Source: a virus
IMG/VR virus record: IMGVR_UViG_3300022690_000671
Location: 1 to 64,000 of that record
Length of the DNA: 64,000 bases
Strand: one strand, 5' to 3'
The notes under the pieces: generated by a model
What the model saw: only the letters and a program-made list of their open reading frames with translations
Databases searched by the model: none
Told to the model about the DNA's origin: nothing
Made by a program: the position numbers and the translations under genes
Part shown: in pieces, positions 48,550 to 56,713 of the stretch
How the letters are laid out: each line of letters opens with the position of its first letter
How positions within the stretch are numbered: position 1 is the first letter of the stretch

Positions 48550-49104
48550 TCATCTGTTTATCCTTCGGCGCTTACGTCCTTTATGACGAACTTTTTTCAC
48601 TTGTATAGAAGAAGACCAGCCCTCTGGTGCATAGATTTTTTCCCATAGTCGCCAGGTCATCGCTTTACCCATGCGTAAATATTGAGACTTGGTTGTTTTA
48701 TTCCGATGTATGAAAGGTGCTTTTCGTTTAACAATAACAGTACCCTTTTTGTTGATCCAAATAAGCCCAGCATGGTCAGGTATGTCTTCCAATCCAAAAA
48801 CATTATCAGGACACACGTAGTAGAAAAAATTGGGTAATCGTCGAGTCGACCTGTTTTGCCCCTTTTTCAACGTTTCATGTTTGTAACGCTTGTTACGAAG
48901 CTCACGCTTAAGATCCGCTTTGTTTATCTTAATTTCATACTCGGCAATACGTTCCTGACTGTTCATTCCAATCAGATCACATTCCCAATCGTAGAATAAT
49001 ATGTTTGGTATAATATACGAATGGCCCAGCTTCAATAAATAGGGCCACAAGAGACTTTGAATTCTCTTCTCTGTCCAACGTTCTATTTTCTTGGCTCTTC
49101 TCAA
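48550..49104 (-). CDS. MmcB-like PD-(D/E)XK nuclease
   Basis: WECDLI...EYEIKINKADLKRE...PNFFYYVCP...IPDHAGLI. Confidence 0.75.
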   Translation of the reverse strand: MRRAKKIERWTEKRIQSLLWPYLLKLGHSYIIPNILFYDWECDLIGMNSQERIAEYEIKINKADLKRELRNKRYKHETLKKGQNRSTRRLPNFFYYVCPDNVFGLEDIPDHAGLIWINKKGTVIVKRKAPFIHRNKTTKSQYLRMGKAMTWRLWEKIYAPEGWSSSIQVKKVRHKGRKRRRINR

Positions 49105-49237
49105 CCTTCTACTCGTATAACAAGAATTTTATCAGGAGTTTCATCAACAATTTGACCATCCTTAACGCTGATAAGTCTTCCGTGCGGAAATCTCTCGGCG
49201 TCAGATTTTGTCTTGTCGTAATGAAAATACCATATTC

Positions 49238-49711
49238 TCATGTCTTTATCGGAAAAGGACGTAGTTGCCCCTGGGTCGCATAAAAGGCAAGTGGCTTCTT
49301 AGAAGAACCAAAGTTAGATTTCTGAGCCAAATTGTGAATGTCTTGTCCCTTCATCCAACCGACCACTTTGTAATCAGGCGAATTCGAGATTACCAGGACA
49401 AAGACTTCATCAAGCTTGTCGTTGGGTCTGAAGATCAGTTTACCGTTTTTATGTGTCGTTCCTCTCACCTGTATGGAACCAACATCGGGCGCTTTGAATG
49501 TATTGTATGTAGGGAGGAAGTAAACATTTACTGCTTTAGCATATGCTATTTCACAAAGAGCCCCAACCAGGTCGCTATTACTACCCCATCCTGGGCCATT
49601 GGCTTTTAACCCCATCTTACGAGATTCGGACCATCTCTTTCCAGCGAGTAGAGCGCCCAGATGGTGCTCTACCTCGCCAAGAGTTACGATTATGTTCTTT
49701 CCTTCAATCAT
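49238..49711 (-). CDS. putative restriction-endonuclease-fold protein
   Basis: GALCEIAYAK...PDVGSIQVRGT...VVGW. Confidence 0.55.
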   Translation of the reverse strand: MIEGKNIIVTLGEVEHHLGALLAGKRWSESRKMGLKANGPGWGSNSDLVGALCEIAYAKAVNVYFLPTYNTFKAPDVGSIQVRGTTHKNGKLIFRPNDKLDEVFVLVISNSPDYKVVGWMKGQDIHNLAQKSNFGSSKKPLAFYATQGQLRPFPIKT

Positions 49712-49893
49712 ATCGTTATGAGCTTTTTATAACCTAATAGAGTTTCCCCATAGCTATGAGCATCTAAAAACTCAAAAATATGTTCGTCGTTTGAGTTTCT
49801 GACTATAGGAGGAGCTTCAGTAATAAATCCATTTGAATCTACACTTAAAGCAATCGTCGCATAAGTCAAAACAACGTAATACCAGATGTTCAT
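49708..49893 (-). CDS. hypothetical protein
   Basis: 61 aa, GGAG SD. Confidence 0.6.
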   Translation of the reverse strand: MNIWYYVVLTYATIALSVDSNGFITEAPPIVRNSNDEHIFEFLDAHSYGETLLGYKKLITI

Positions 49894-49907
49894 ATTGACT
49901 CCTGATT

Positions 49908-50360
49908 TTAGAGAAATAGATGTTGTCTTGCGTCATGTACTTCTTCGCCTTGTTGGGCAAAATCCGCAAGTTTGTAACTATTAAAATGGGGGCCGAAAAT
50001 CGGCTGTCCGTTGAACTGAAATGACTCCCTGATTTCGTGTTCTTCTGCCATCAAAACTGCGGCAAATGCAGTTTGAACGATCTCGCTATCGGTCGAATGA
50101 CAAGATACGTACCACTTTCGTCCACGTTGGACTGTTTGAATTCCAGTATAAGCATCAGGAGCCTCAAAAGTTACTTGAAGGAAGTAACCTTCTTTGCCCA
50201 TATTTTCACACCTGAAATTGACGTTTTTGTATTCGATATTGGATAAAACATGAGTCAGTGTTTCTAACGTCTGCATAGTTTTTATCCTTTTATATTCAAC
50301 CCTCTCTTCGACACAGTTCTGTCTGGAAATCTGTGAGCATAGACCTGGCATTTCGAACAT
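49908..50360 (-). CDS. conserved phage hypothetical protein (likely start MQTLETL)
   Basis: GRKWYVS.H.T.SEIVQTAF.AVL.AEEHE.RE.F. Confidence 0.65.
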   Translation of the reverse strand: MFEMPGLCSQISRQNCVEERVEYKRIKTMQTLETLTHVLSNIEYKNVNFRCENMGKEGYFLQVTFEAPDAYTGIQTVQRGRKWYVSCHSTDSEIVQTAFAAVLMAEEHEIRESFQFNGQPIFGPHFNSYKLADFAQQGEEVHDARQHLFL

Positions 50361-50554
50361 ATTCTAGAACGCTATACTCAAGTCTATCGAGCATATACAA
50401 AGCATCTTTGATTGATTTTATATCGTTTGCATAAAACCCAATACTTAATATCCTATCTCTTGAAGACGTGTTAATCTTCAAGAAGCCAACAACTCTATCG
50501 CCTTCTCCTGAGAAAGCATTTAATTCCACGTTGAATCCTATTGAGTCTTGACTC

Positions 50555-50812
50555 CTAAGATCTCTCCGGAGAAATGCGCGGTGCCTTACTTCCCGATCTT
50601 GAAGCGTAGTATTTGCAGTTTTCTTTTTCATAGTCATAGGGCACGGTGTTATAATAGGTTTGTCCATGAGGATGATCGGGACGTAGATATCTGAGGCAGG
50701 TGTCTCTGATAGGACACCCATGTCCTTCACACTTAGGTTCGTGAATTTCAGCAGATAGCGTAAGGTCAAAGTGTGACACTCGACGGTCGCGAGGCTGCAA
50801 TGGATCTATCAT
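50555..50812 (-). CDS. small Cys-rich protein
   Basis: KCEGHGCPIRDTCLRY...C.YY. Confidence 0.6.
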   Translation of the reverse strand: MIDPLQPRDRRVSHFDLTLSAEIHEPKCEGHGCPIRDTCLRYLRPDHPHGQTYYNTVPYDYEKENCKYYASRSGSKAPRISPERS

Positions 50813-51006
50813 TTACGTCTCGTTTGCATAGAAGTTTCGCGACCATAGTACAAACTACCCTCGACCTTAAAGGCCAGACTTCCTGAGACAAAAATGCGTT
50901 TACAATTCTGTCCAGTCGTGGGGCAAATAGTTAAAGGTTCGTCTAATATGGATTGACGATGTTCAAACATTGTTTGATCGGCGCGGCGGTAATCGTAAAA
51001 CGGCAT
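50809..51006 (-). CDS. FmdB-family zinc-ribbon-like protein
   Basis: MPFYDYRR.D...FE..QSI.DEPLTICPTTGQ...RI...FK..GS.YY. Confidence 0.75.
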   Translation of the reverse strand: MPFYDYRRADQTMFEHRQSILDEPLTICPTTGQNCKRIFVSGSLAFKVEGSLYYGRETSMQTRRK

Positions 51007-51009
51007 GGT

Positions 51010-51222
51010 TTATTCCTCTGATGGTCTCGAAGACTTGATGGTCGCAGTAACTACATCATCTTTAATTCGAATAGGACGGGTATAGTCAACCTCGATAGGA
51101 TCAACTCCGCATTCTTCAAACCATTCTATAAGGTACTGCTCCCCGACTTCGCCTAGCCAATCTAAAAACGCCACCACTTGTCCAGTATTATCGAAACCTT
51201 CTAGTACAAGTTTAACACTCAT
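51010..51222 (-). CDS. hypothetical protein
   Basis: 70 aa, ATGA overlap with upstream gene. Confidence 0.6.
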   Translation of the reverse strand: MSVKLVLEGFDNTGQVVAFLDWLGEVGEQYLIEWFEECGVDPIEVDYTRPIRIKDDVVTATIKSSRPSEE

Positions 51223-51671
51223 CGATCATCTCCGTCGCCCTGAAGCGCACCTCGTTCCTGACGATCTTTTAATTTGGTGACGTTTCCTGTTGCGACTTCG
51301 CCCATGTCCAGATCAAGAAGAGTACAAAGTTCAGCAACGTACCAGAGCACATCACCTATTTCCTTCCCCAGAGCAGCACGTACTTCATCGGTCACATCTC
51401 CACCATTATCACGAAGAATTTTCTTGACTTTACCCGCGATTTCCCCAGCCTCGCCTACTAATCCAAGGGCGACGTAGAAAATACTCAACGTGTCGTTAAG
51501 CTCGTCGTCATTTTCAAAGTGAACGTCGGCTCTACCCAACATGAACTGAATAGCCATCTCATAGGGCGTTGCCGTACAATGCGCCGCTCTTTGATAATGG
51601 TCGAACGTGTTGTTGACGTGGGTAGACACCATGCCTTCGAGATTACTTCCACCAAAACAAGGATCATTCAT
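51219..51671 (-). CDS. mazG: MazG-like nucleotide pyrophosphohydrolase
   Basis: LGLVGEAGEIAGKVKK.LRD, KEIGDVLWYVA, N..KL.DR..RG.L.G.GDDR. Confidence 0.9.
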   Translation of the reverse strand: MNDPCFGGSNLEGMVSTHVNNTFDHYQRAAHCTATPYEMAIQFMLGRADVHFENDDELNDTLSIFYVALGLVGEAGEIAGKVKKILRDNGGDVTDEVRAALGKEIGDVLWYVAELCTLLDLDMGEVATGNVTKLKDRQERGALQGDGDDR

Positions 51672-52032
51672 AAGTCGTTCTCGATTTAAAGTGAACGTGT
51701 ACTTGAGCCACTAGACACTGATGTACGTAGCTCTCGTAGTAATGAGCAGAACGATCAATTAAACCGTGACGTAAATTGTCGACGCATCCTTCAGAAAAGA
51801 TTCCCGAAGGATATATAATTGGAGACCGATACTCGTCTATATCCACTGGTGTTTTCATAACAACCGGATCAGTCTGTTGATCGTCTGTAGGTAATGGTTC
51901 GATAATAATAATATCGTCATCTACAATAGGAGCATTAGCGCTTCGACATTGACCTATCAGTAGAACCATTGAACAGAGTAACATGATCAATAGTAGAGCT
52001 AAATTAACATGGTGTTCTCTTTTGTGTGTCAT
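51664..52032 (-). CDS. secreted / membrane-anchored protein
   Basis: N-terminal hydrophobic helix followed by Cys. Confidence 0.55.
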   Translation of the reverse strand: MTHKREHHVNLALLLIMLLCSMVLLIGQCRSANAPIVDDDIIIIEPLPTDDQQTDPVVMKTPVDIDEYRSPIIYPSGIFSEGCVDNLRHGLIDRSAHYYESYVHQCLVAQVHVHFKSRTTYE

Positions 52033-52037
52033 GGTAG

Positions 52038-52217
52038 TTAAGATTTAGGTTCGCGTTTAACGAATTGTCCTAATGTGTAAGCCATGATACTGAAAACTAT
52101 TAGTGCTAAACCCAAATAGATATACATGTTGATTGATTCTTGGCCAATGATCATCACGAACAACGCGAACGTCGTCAGAATCAAAATCATAATACGAATC
52201 AACCAATTAAATTTCAT
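52038..52217 (-). CDS. 59-aa two-TM membrane protein
   Basis: MKFNWLIRIMILILTTFALFVMIIGQESINMYIYLGLALIVFSIMAYTLGQFVKREPKS; not in the ORF track. Confidence 0.6.
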   Translation of the reverse strand: MKFNWLIRIMILILTTFALFVMIIGQESINMYIYLGLALIVFSIMAYTLGQFVKREPKS

Positions 52218-52220
52218 TTC

Positions 52221-52829
52221 TTACCTCAAGATACAGTTGTGCCAGTACTTATTAGGATCAAAGTTGGTGTTCTCGTGTTCCGCCTCATAACCACAAACTA
52301 ACCACACGTCGAGCAAAGTGTAAAAGAGACGACCCGCCTCTACGTAGAGCGCTTGTATTGCCCATTCTTCGTTGAGTACGGATAGTACCTCATCGGTAAT
52401 AGGCATTATATATCCGAAAATAAATGCTGCTGGAACAACAGTACCTTTTATAGTTAGCCGGGTATTAACACAACGTCCCCAAAACTCCATCACTTCATTA
52501 TCTGGAAGCCCTAGTTCCTCAGCAGTATAGGCACAGTTAACCCATATTTCAGGAATAATATAATTAGGAACGCCACTATTGAAATATGTGATTCGAACCC
52601 CGATGTAGTACTGATCTTGCGCGGCTAAAGTAAAGAACCGTTCGCTCGGTTCATATTCAGGGGGCGCAGCGAACACAACTAACTCAGTGAATTCCTCGTT
52701 CTCGGGCGGATCTTCTTCCATCGCACTAGGAGCACCGCTACATCCAAGAACGAGTACGAGAATAAGCAATAATATTCCGTAAACAATCAAGCGCCAAAAA
52801 AGATTTGATGGTTCGTTAGAATAAGTCAC
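52221..52829 (-). CDS. putative lipoprotein
   Basis: Signal helix plus lipobox VLG-C. Confidence 0.65.
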   Translation of the reverse strand: MTYSNEPSNLFWRLIVYGILLLILVLVLGCSGAPSAMEEDPPENEEFTELVVFAAPPEYEPSERFFTLAAQDQYYIGVRITYFNSGVPNYIIPEIWVNCAYTAEELGLPDNEVMEFWGRCVNTRLTIKGTVVPAAFIFGYIMPITDEVLSVLNEEWAIQALYVEAGRLFYTLLDVWLVCGYEAEHENTNFDPNKYWHNCILR

Positions 52830-53585
52830 GAGTTCACCTTGGCCTCAGCCATTTCAATAAGTTGGTCAATTTCCTCTATCCACATGTCAACAGAATTGGG
52901 CGAGTAGCGGCCAAGACAAACCCCAAAAAAAGATTCGATGGTCGTTCGTTCATATTGCCCACGTTTCTGTATCCCGTAGATTTCCTCAAGTGCTTCAACG
53001 CCGACGTAGAGATCTTGGAGTGTAGACGGTTTGTCGTCTTCTAATATCTCTTTTACGAGACTAAGACGAAAAAGTAACGCTCCCCATGCAGGTAATCGAG
53101 TCATCCAATAATCAAGGGTTATATCGGGTTCTATGTACCAACCGCTACTACACTGTAAACAGGTAAGAAATCCCCTGGTACAATATTCGATAACCGTGCG
53201 AATCGAGACACCTTTCATCTCAGCAACATCACCGGCGTACAGCCAACCAGTAGGAGGTTTAGGCAACTTAGGGTCGCCAGGATGTATGTGATATTGATAA
53301 AGACAAACGTCTTCTTTTTTTTCCGCTACTTGATTACGCTTTGTTATTCGATCAAGTTCTTGCAACATATCGAACAAATTAAGCGCACTACCTTCCTCTT
53401 CATATCCCAGAAAAGGAGGAACATCTTCCGATCCGGTATGAAGTAGATAAGCGTCGATCAGATCTGTTTCAGTGACACGAACAAAGCCGTCCTCTTCACC
53501 CTTGGATCCGAGGACGGCTTTAATCTGTCTCAATCGACCTTCCGGAGTTTTAGAGACCCTGGTTCTAATCGGTTCGATTACACGG
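52826..53585 (-). CDS. HTH-containing protein (excisionase/MerR-like HTH); start uncertain, placed after ssb
   Basis: WLYAGDVAEMKGVSIRTVIEYCTRGFL...GWYI. Confidence 0.55.
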
Positions 53586-53588
53586 AGA

Positions 53589-54029
53589 CTAGAACGGGAG
53601 GTCGTCGTCGGGCGCGAAACTGCTTGGGACTGTTTCAGCAACTTCTGTAGCCCTTGAACGCTGCGCGGTAGATGCTTCTGATGTTCCATTTGATTCTCGA
53701 TTGTCAAGCATCATCATCTCGCGTACCTTGATCTCCGTCGTGTAGCGGGTATTGCCGTCGCGATCTTCCCACGAGCGCGTTTGCAACGACCCTTCAAAAT
53801 AGACCCGACTGCCTTTTCTAAGATACTCAGCACAGATCTCGGCCAGACGACTCCAGGCCACGATGCTGTGCCACTCGGTCCTCTCTACGAGTTGACCATC
53901 CTGATCCTTATAAGATTCGTTTGTGGCGAGGCGCAAGTTGCAAACAGCCGTGCCATTGCCAGTGTAGCGCAATTCGGGGTCTTGTCCTAAATTGCCAATG
54001 AGGATGACTTTGTTGATTGCTCGTGCCAT
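53589..54029 (-). CDS. ssb: single-stranded DNA-binding protein
   Basis: [19 protein letters not shown]...TEWH...[19 protein letters not shown]; DDDLPF tail. Confidence 0.97.
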   Translation of the reverse strand: MARAINKVILIGNLGQDPELRYTGNGTAVCNLRLATNESYKDQDGQLVERTEWHSIVAWSRLAEICAEYLRKGSRVYFEGSLQTRSWEDRDGNTRYTTEIKVREMMMLDNRESNGTSEASTAQRSRATEVAETVPSSFAPDDDLPF

Positions 54030-54043
54030 GATAATTTCTGCTG

Positions 54044-54469
54044 TTATGTGAGTATGTGAGTGGTTGTACCGTTGGCGAGGATATCTACGTAGCGAATGCC
54101 TTGTTCTACATCAAGAGAAGCAACTACAACACCATCTTCTCCATAGATAAGATACTCAGATTCATAAATAGCAATCCAGGGTTTACGCGTACGCTTGTAC
54201 AAGATCAACCACACCTCGCCTTGTGGCGTCTCTTCTTTGATTTTTGCAACCCAATCCTTAATAGCCTTGGTATGCAAATCAAATTCGTAACCAAACTTGA
54301 CTTCGATTCGAACGTTTCGAATACACTGAAGCAAATCTGCTGAAAAGGGTAAAGGGCGAATTGCTGCGGCTTGGGCCGATCGCTTACATTCTGGATAACC
54401 CAAGCTGCGTAATAAAGCAGCGGCTTCGCGTTCTCCTCTAGCTCCTTTTCGTTTAGAGTTAATGGGCAT
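54044..54469 (-). CDS. Holliday junction resolvase (PD-(D/E)XK, Hjc-like)
   Basis: [12 protein letters not shown]...ADL...IEVK. Confidence 0.85.
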   Translation of the reverse strand: MPINSKRKGARGEREAAALLRSLGYPECKRSAQAAAIRPLPFSADLLQCIRNVRIEVKFGYEFDLHTKAIKDWVAKIKEETPQGEVWLILYKRTRKPWIAIYESEYLIYGEDGVVVASLDVEQGIRYVDILANGTTTHILT

Positions 54470-54638
54470 CTGTTTCTATAGATTGAAGATATTTTATTCT
54501 CTCTTCCTGAAGAAAACGCGTCCAGTCTTTTTCCCAACTCTCAGGATCACAAGTACGACATACAAGTGGTTCTGATCCAAATTGAGATATAGTCGTCAAA
54601 TGGCCGCATTTAGAACAATGTTTACAATAGATTGCCAT
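54459..54638 (-). CDS. 59-aa zinc-ribbon protein
   Basis: MAIYCKHCSKCG...VCRTCD; GGGAG SD; not in the ORF track. Confidence 0.6.
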   Translation of the reverse strand: MAIYCKHCSKCGHLTTISQFGSEPLVCRTCDPESWEKDWTRFLQEERIKYLQSIETDAH

Positions 54639-54707
54639 ATCTCCCTTTTCTGTATTTAAGTATTAGACGCAAAAGTTATAACACTTGTTTCAAATGTTCT
54701 GTGAAGA

Positions 54708-55094
54708 TCACATGGAGATCGCGAGACTCCGCCTAATCGCCAGTTCGGGATGTTGCCACTTGCCGCCGACAATACCTCGCAGTCGCCTTTCCTCGCGCTG
54801 TGTCAGCCCATCGGGGTTTTCGTGGTATACTACGCGGACGCCGTGTCCAGGAACAACCTCTGTGCCAACATGTCTGTCATAGTCGTTCCAGTATTCAAAA
54901 ACACCACCCAAGAGCAAGTGGCCTGGGTGTTCATCAATAACAGCGTAGATCATATAAATAGGGTCTCCGTTAAATTCATAAGCGTCCGCGGGGTGTTCTT
55001 GGGGGTCGCAAGTCTTCGTCCTCTTCATCTTGTCAAAAGCAGGGAGTTCAAAGTCGCCGCCTGTTGTTCTATAAACGTGTAGTTCGGTTTTCAT
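54708..55094 (-). CDS. hypothetical protein
   Basis: 128 aa, ATGA overlap. Confidence 0.6.
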   Translation of the reverse strand: MKTELHVYRTTGGDFELPAFDKMKRTKTCDPQEHPADAYEFNGDPIYMIYAVIDEHPGHLLLGGVFEYWNDYDRHVGTEVVPGHGVRVVYHENPDGLTQREERRLRGIVGGKWQHPELAIRRSLAISM

Positions 55095-55297
55095 CGCTCC
55101 ATCCGGTTTAGTTGGCGTGTTGTTTGTGAATCAATACTTCCTTCAGTTATCGGATAAAATTTATACGCTTCATCATATGGTTTTGCTGGAATTTTGTCTC
55201 TAATCTTAGAAAAAAACATTGTAATAGGCATCGGTTCTATTAATAATATATTAATAGAATTGTCAATATCTCCGATATATTCCTGTAGTAAAGACAT
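55091..55297 (-). CDS. hypothetical protein
   Basis: 68 aa, coupled. Confidence 0.55.
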   Translation of the reverse strand: MSLLQEYIGDIDNSINILLIEPMPITMFFSKIRDKIPAKPYDEAYKFYPITEGSIDSQTTRQLNRMER

Positions 55298-55905
55298 TAT
55301 TCAGAAGGCGAGTTTAATCGACCAAGATTGATAAGAATCCGTATAGCATGTTCTTGTGTAGGGCTCAAACGAGAAGGGAGTTTGTCCAAACTATTTTCTG
55401 CAAACGCAACAAAACGACTTCCTCCAATGTATTCAGCAACAAAAATAATTCCGGTACTATTAAGAATTACATGTTTCAGATTAGTGCTATTCTCAGGAAA
55501 ACACATTACCACAATATCGGCATCTCTAGCCAAAGGATAGATAAATCTCGTATTGTTCTCGGTCTGGTGTTGTACATACACCAAAAAAGTATCGCCTGTC
55601 ACAGGGTACCAGGTGTTAGGATACATTTCTACGACATGCATATATCCATAATTTAAACTATCGTTATCAAAAACCTCCGAGGCAGTTGATTCAATGTCCG
55701 GATAGACATAAACAAACTCTCTGTATACCTCGGGATCATAATACTTTTTTGCTGCATCAACCTCCGATTGTTCAACCGTTTTGCATCCCCAAGCAACCAC
55801 TATCAATATGAGCAAGATTAAAAATTTTATAGTCTTCATGAGTTTGTCCAGTTTTGAGAGTAAATAAGTTAATTTCAATGTACAAACTAGACGTATTTTA
55901 TTCAA
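55297..55905 (-). CDS. putative lipoprotein (likely start MKTIKF)
   Basis: MKTIKFLILLILIVVAWG-C lipobox. Confidence 0.65.
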   Translation of the reverse strand: MNKIRLVCTLKLTYLLSKLDKLMKTIKFLILLILIVVAWGCKTVEQSEVDAAKKYYDPEVYREFVYVYPDIESTASEVFDNDSLNYGYMHVVEMYPNTWYPVTGDTFLVYVQHQTENNTRFIYPLARDADIVVMCFPENSTNLKHVILNSTGIIFVAEYIGGSRFVAFAENSLDKLPSRLSPTQEHAIRILINLGRLNSPSE

Positions 55906-56528
55906 GCGGTATCGATTTCCTGAATGTAGAATGGTTCGTTGACATAGGTATTGTACTTTCGCGCAACTTCAAAAGCGCACTTCAATCTTTGTTTTGCGTC
56001 AAAATCTGAACCACAAAAATATTTTATAGTTTTCAACGATGCATTAACTTCACGCCCTCCCGCCCCTATGGCATTGAAATTAGTCTGTGACTCCTCAACT
56101 AAATCAAACGTTCGTCCAATTTTAATGATACGAGGATCTCGTCCTTCTATTGAAGGAATACCAAAAAGAATACTGCCTGGCATTTCGTAATTATTCTCTC
56201 CTTCAATATCTATACCTCCTTTCATAAGTTCTTGCTGAATTCCTGGAATCACAGATTTCAAAAGATATACAAAGAAATCTTCGTTTTTATCCATCCAATC
56301 GTATTCGTAATCGTAGTGAAGAACGAGTTGACCAAACCTCGAAAGACCGCAGTAACCTACTAACATATAAGAATGTTGATTGGTTGTTTCAACATAAGCA
56401 AGTTTAATCTTTCTTAACTTGCTATATTGGGCGTTTGCCGTCAATTCACCAGTCGATGCATTTGCCGCAGTTGAATCTTCACAACCAAAAAGCTTTCCGT
56501 CTTGATGTAGCATTGCAACAGCACTCAT
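55902..56528 (-). CDS. Ntn-hydrolase, proteasome-beta/HslV-like
   Basis: Start MSAVAML; ..GCEDS, K, VGYCG, AIGAGG...ASL, A.EVA.KY..YV..PF. Confidence 0.7.
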   Translation of the reverse strand: MSAVAMLHQDGKLFGCEDSTAANASTGELTANAQYSKLRKIKLAYVETTNQHSYMLVGYCGLSRFGQLVLHYDYEYDWMDKNEDFFVYLLKSVIPGIQQELMKGGIDIEGENNYEMPGSILFGIPSIEGRDPRIIKIGRTFDLVEESQTNFNAIGAGGREVNASLKTIKYFCGSDFDAKQRLKCAFEVARKYNTYVNEPFYIQEIDTA

Positions 56529-56713
56529 GAGGTTACCTCTTCGTCTAAAGTTTGTGGATAACGCGTATAAAGAATTTGTTCGTCTACGCAATCAATACAT
56601 TGATGTACATATTCTGTTGGGGGACCATTCTCACTACTGGATTTTATTTCCTTCATGCACACCATCAACCCCCCACATTCACAAAAGATCTCATATTTAA
56701 CTCGCTGTAGCAT
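56525..56713 (-). CDS. zinc-ribbon protein
   Basis: CECGG.M...YVHQCIDC...YP. Confidence 0.65.
   Translation of the reverse strand: MLQRVKYEIFCECGGLMVCMKEIKSSSENGPPTEYVHQCIDCVDEQILYTRYPQTLDEEVTS

Noticed and set aside
41649-51671. 2-aminoadenine (Z) genome or other hypermodified-base pathway
   Set aside because: HD and MazG enzymes are present, but no PurZ, thymidylate-synthase-like or deazaguanine genes were recognised in this window
53589-53591. Genome-wide TAG reassignment, suggested by in-frame TAGs at 9929, 19628, 38004 and 43825
   Set aside because: ssb ends with its canonical DDDLPF tail directly followed by TAG, long genes are intact in code 11, and no suppressor tRNA was seen
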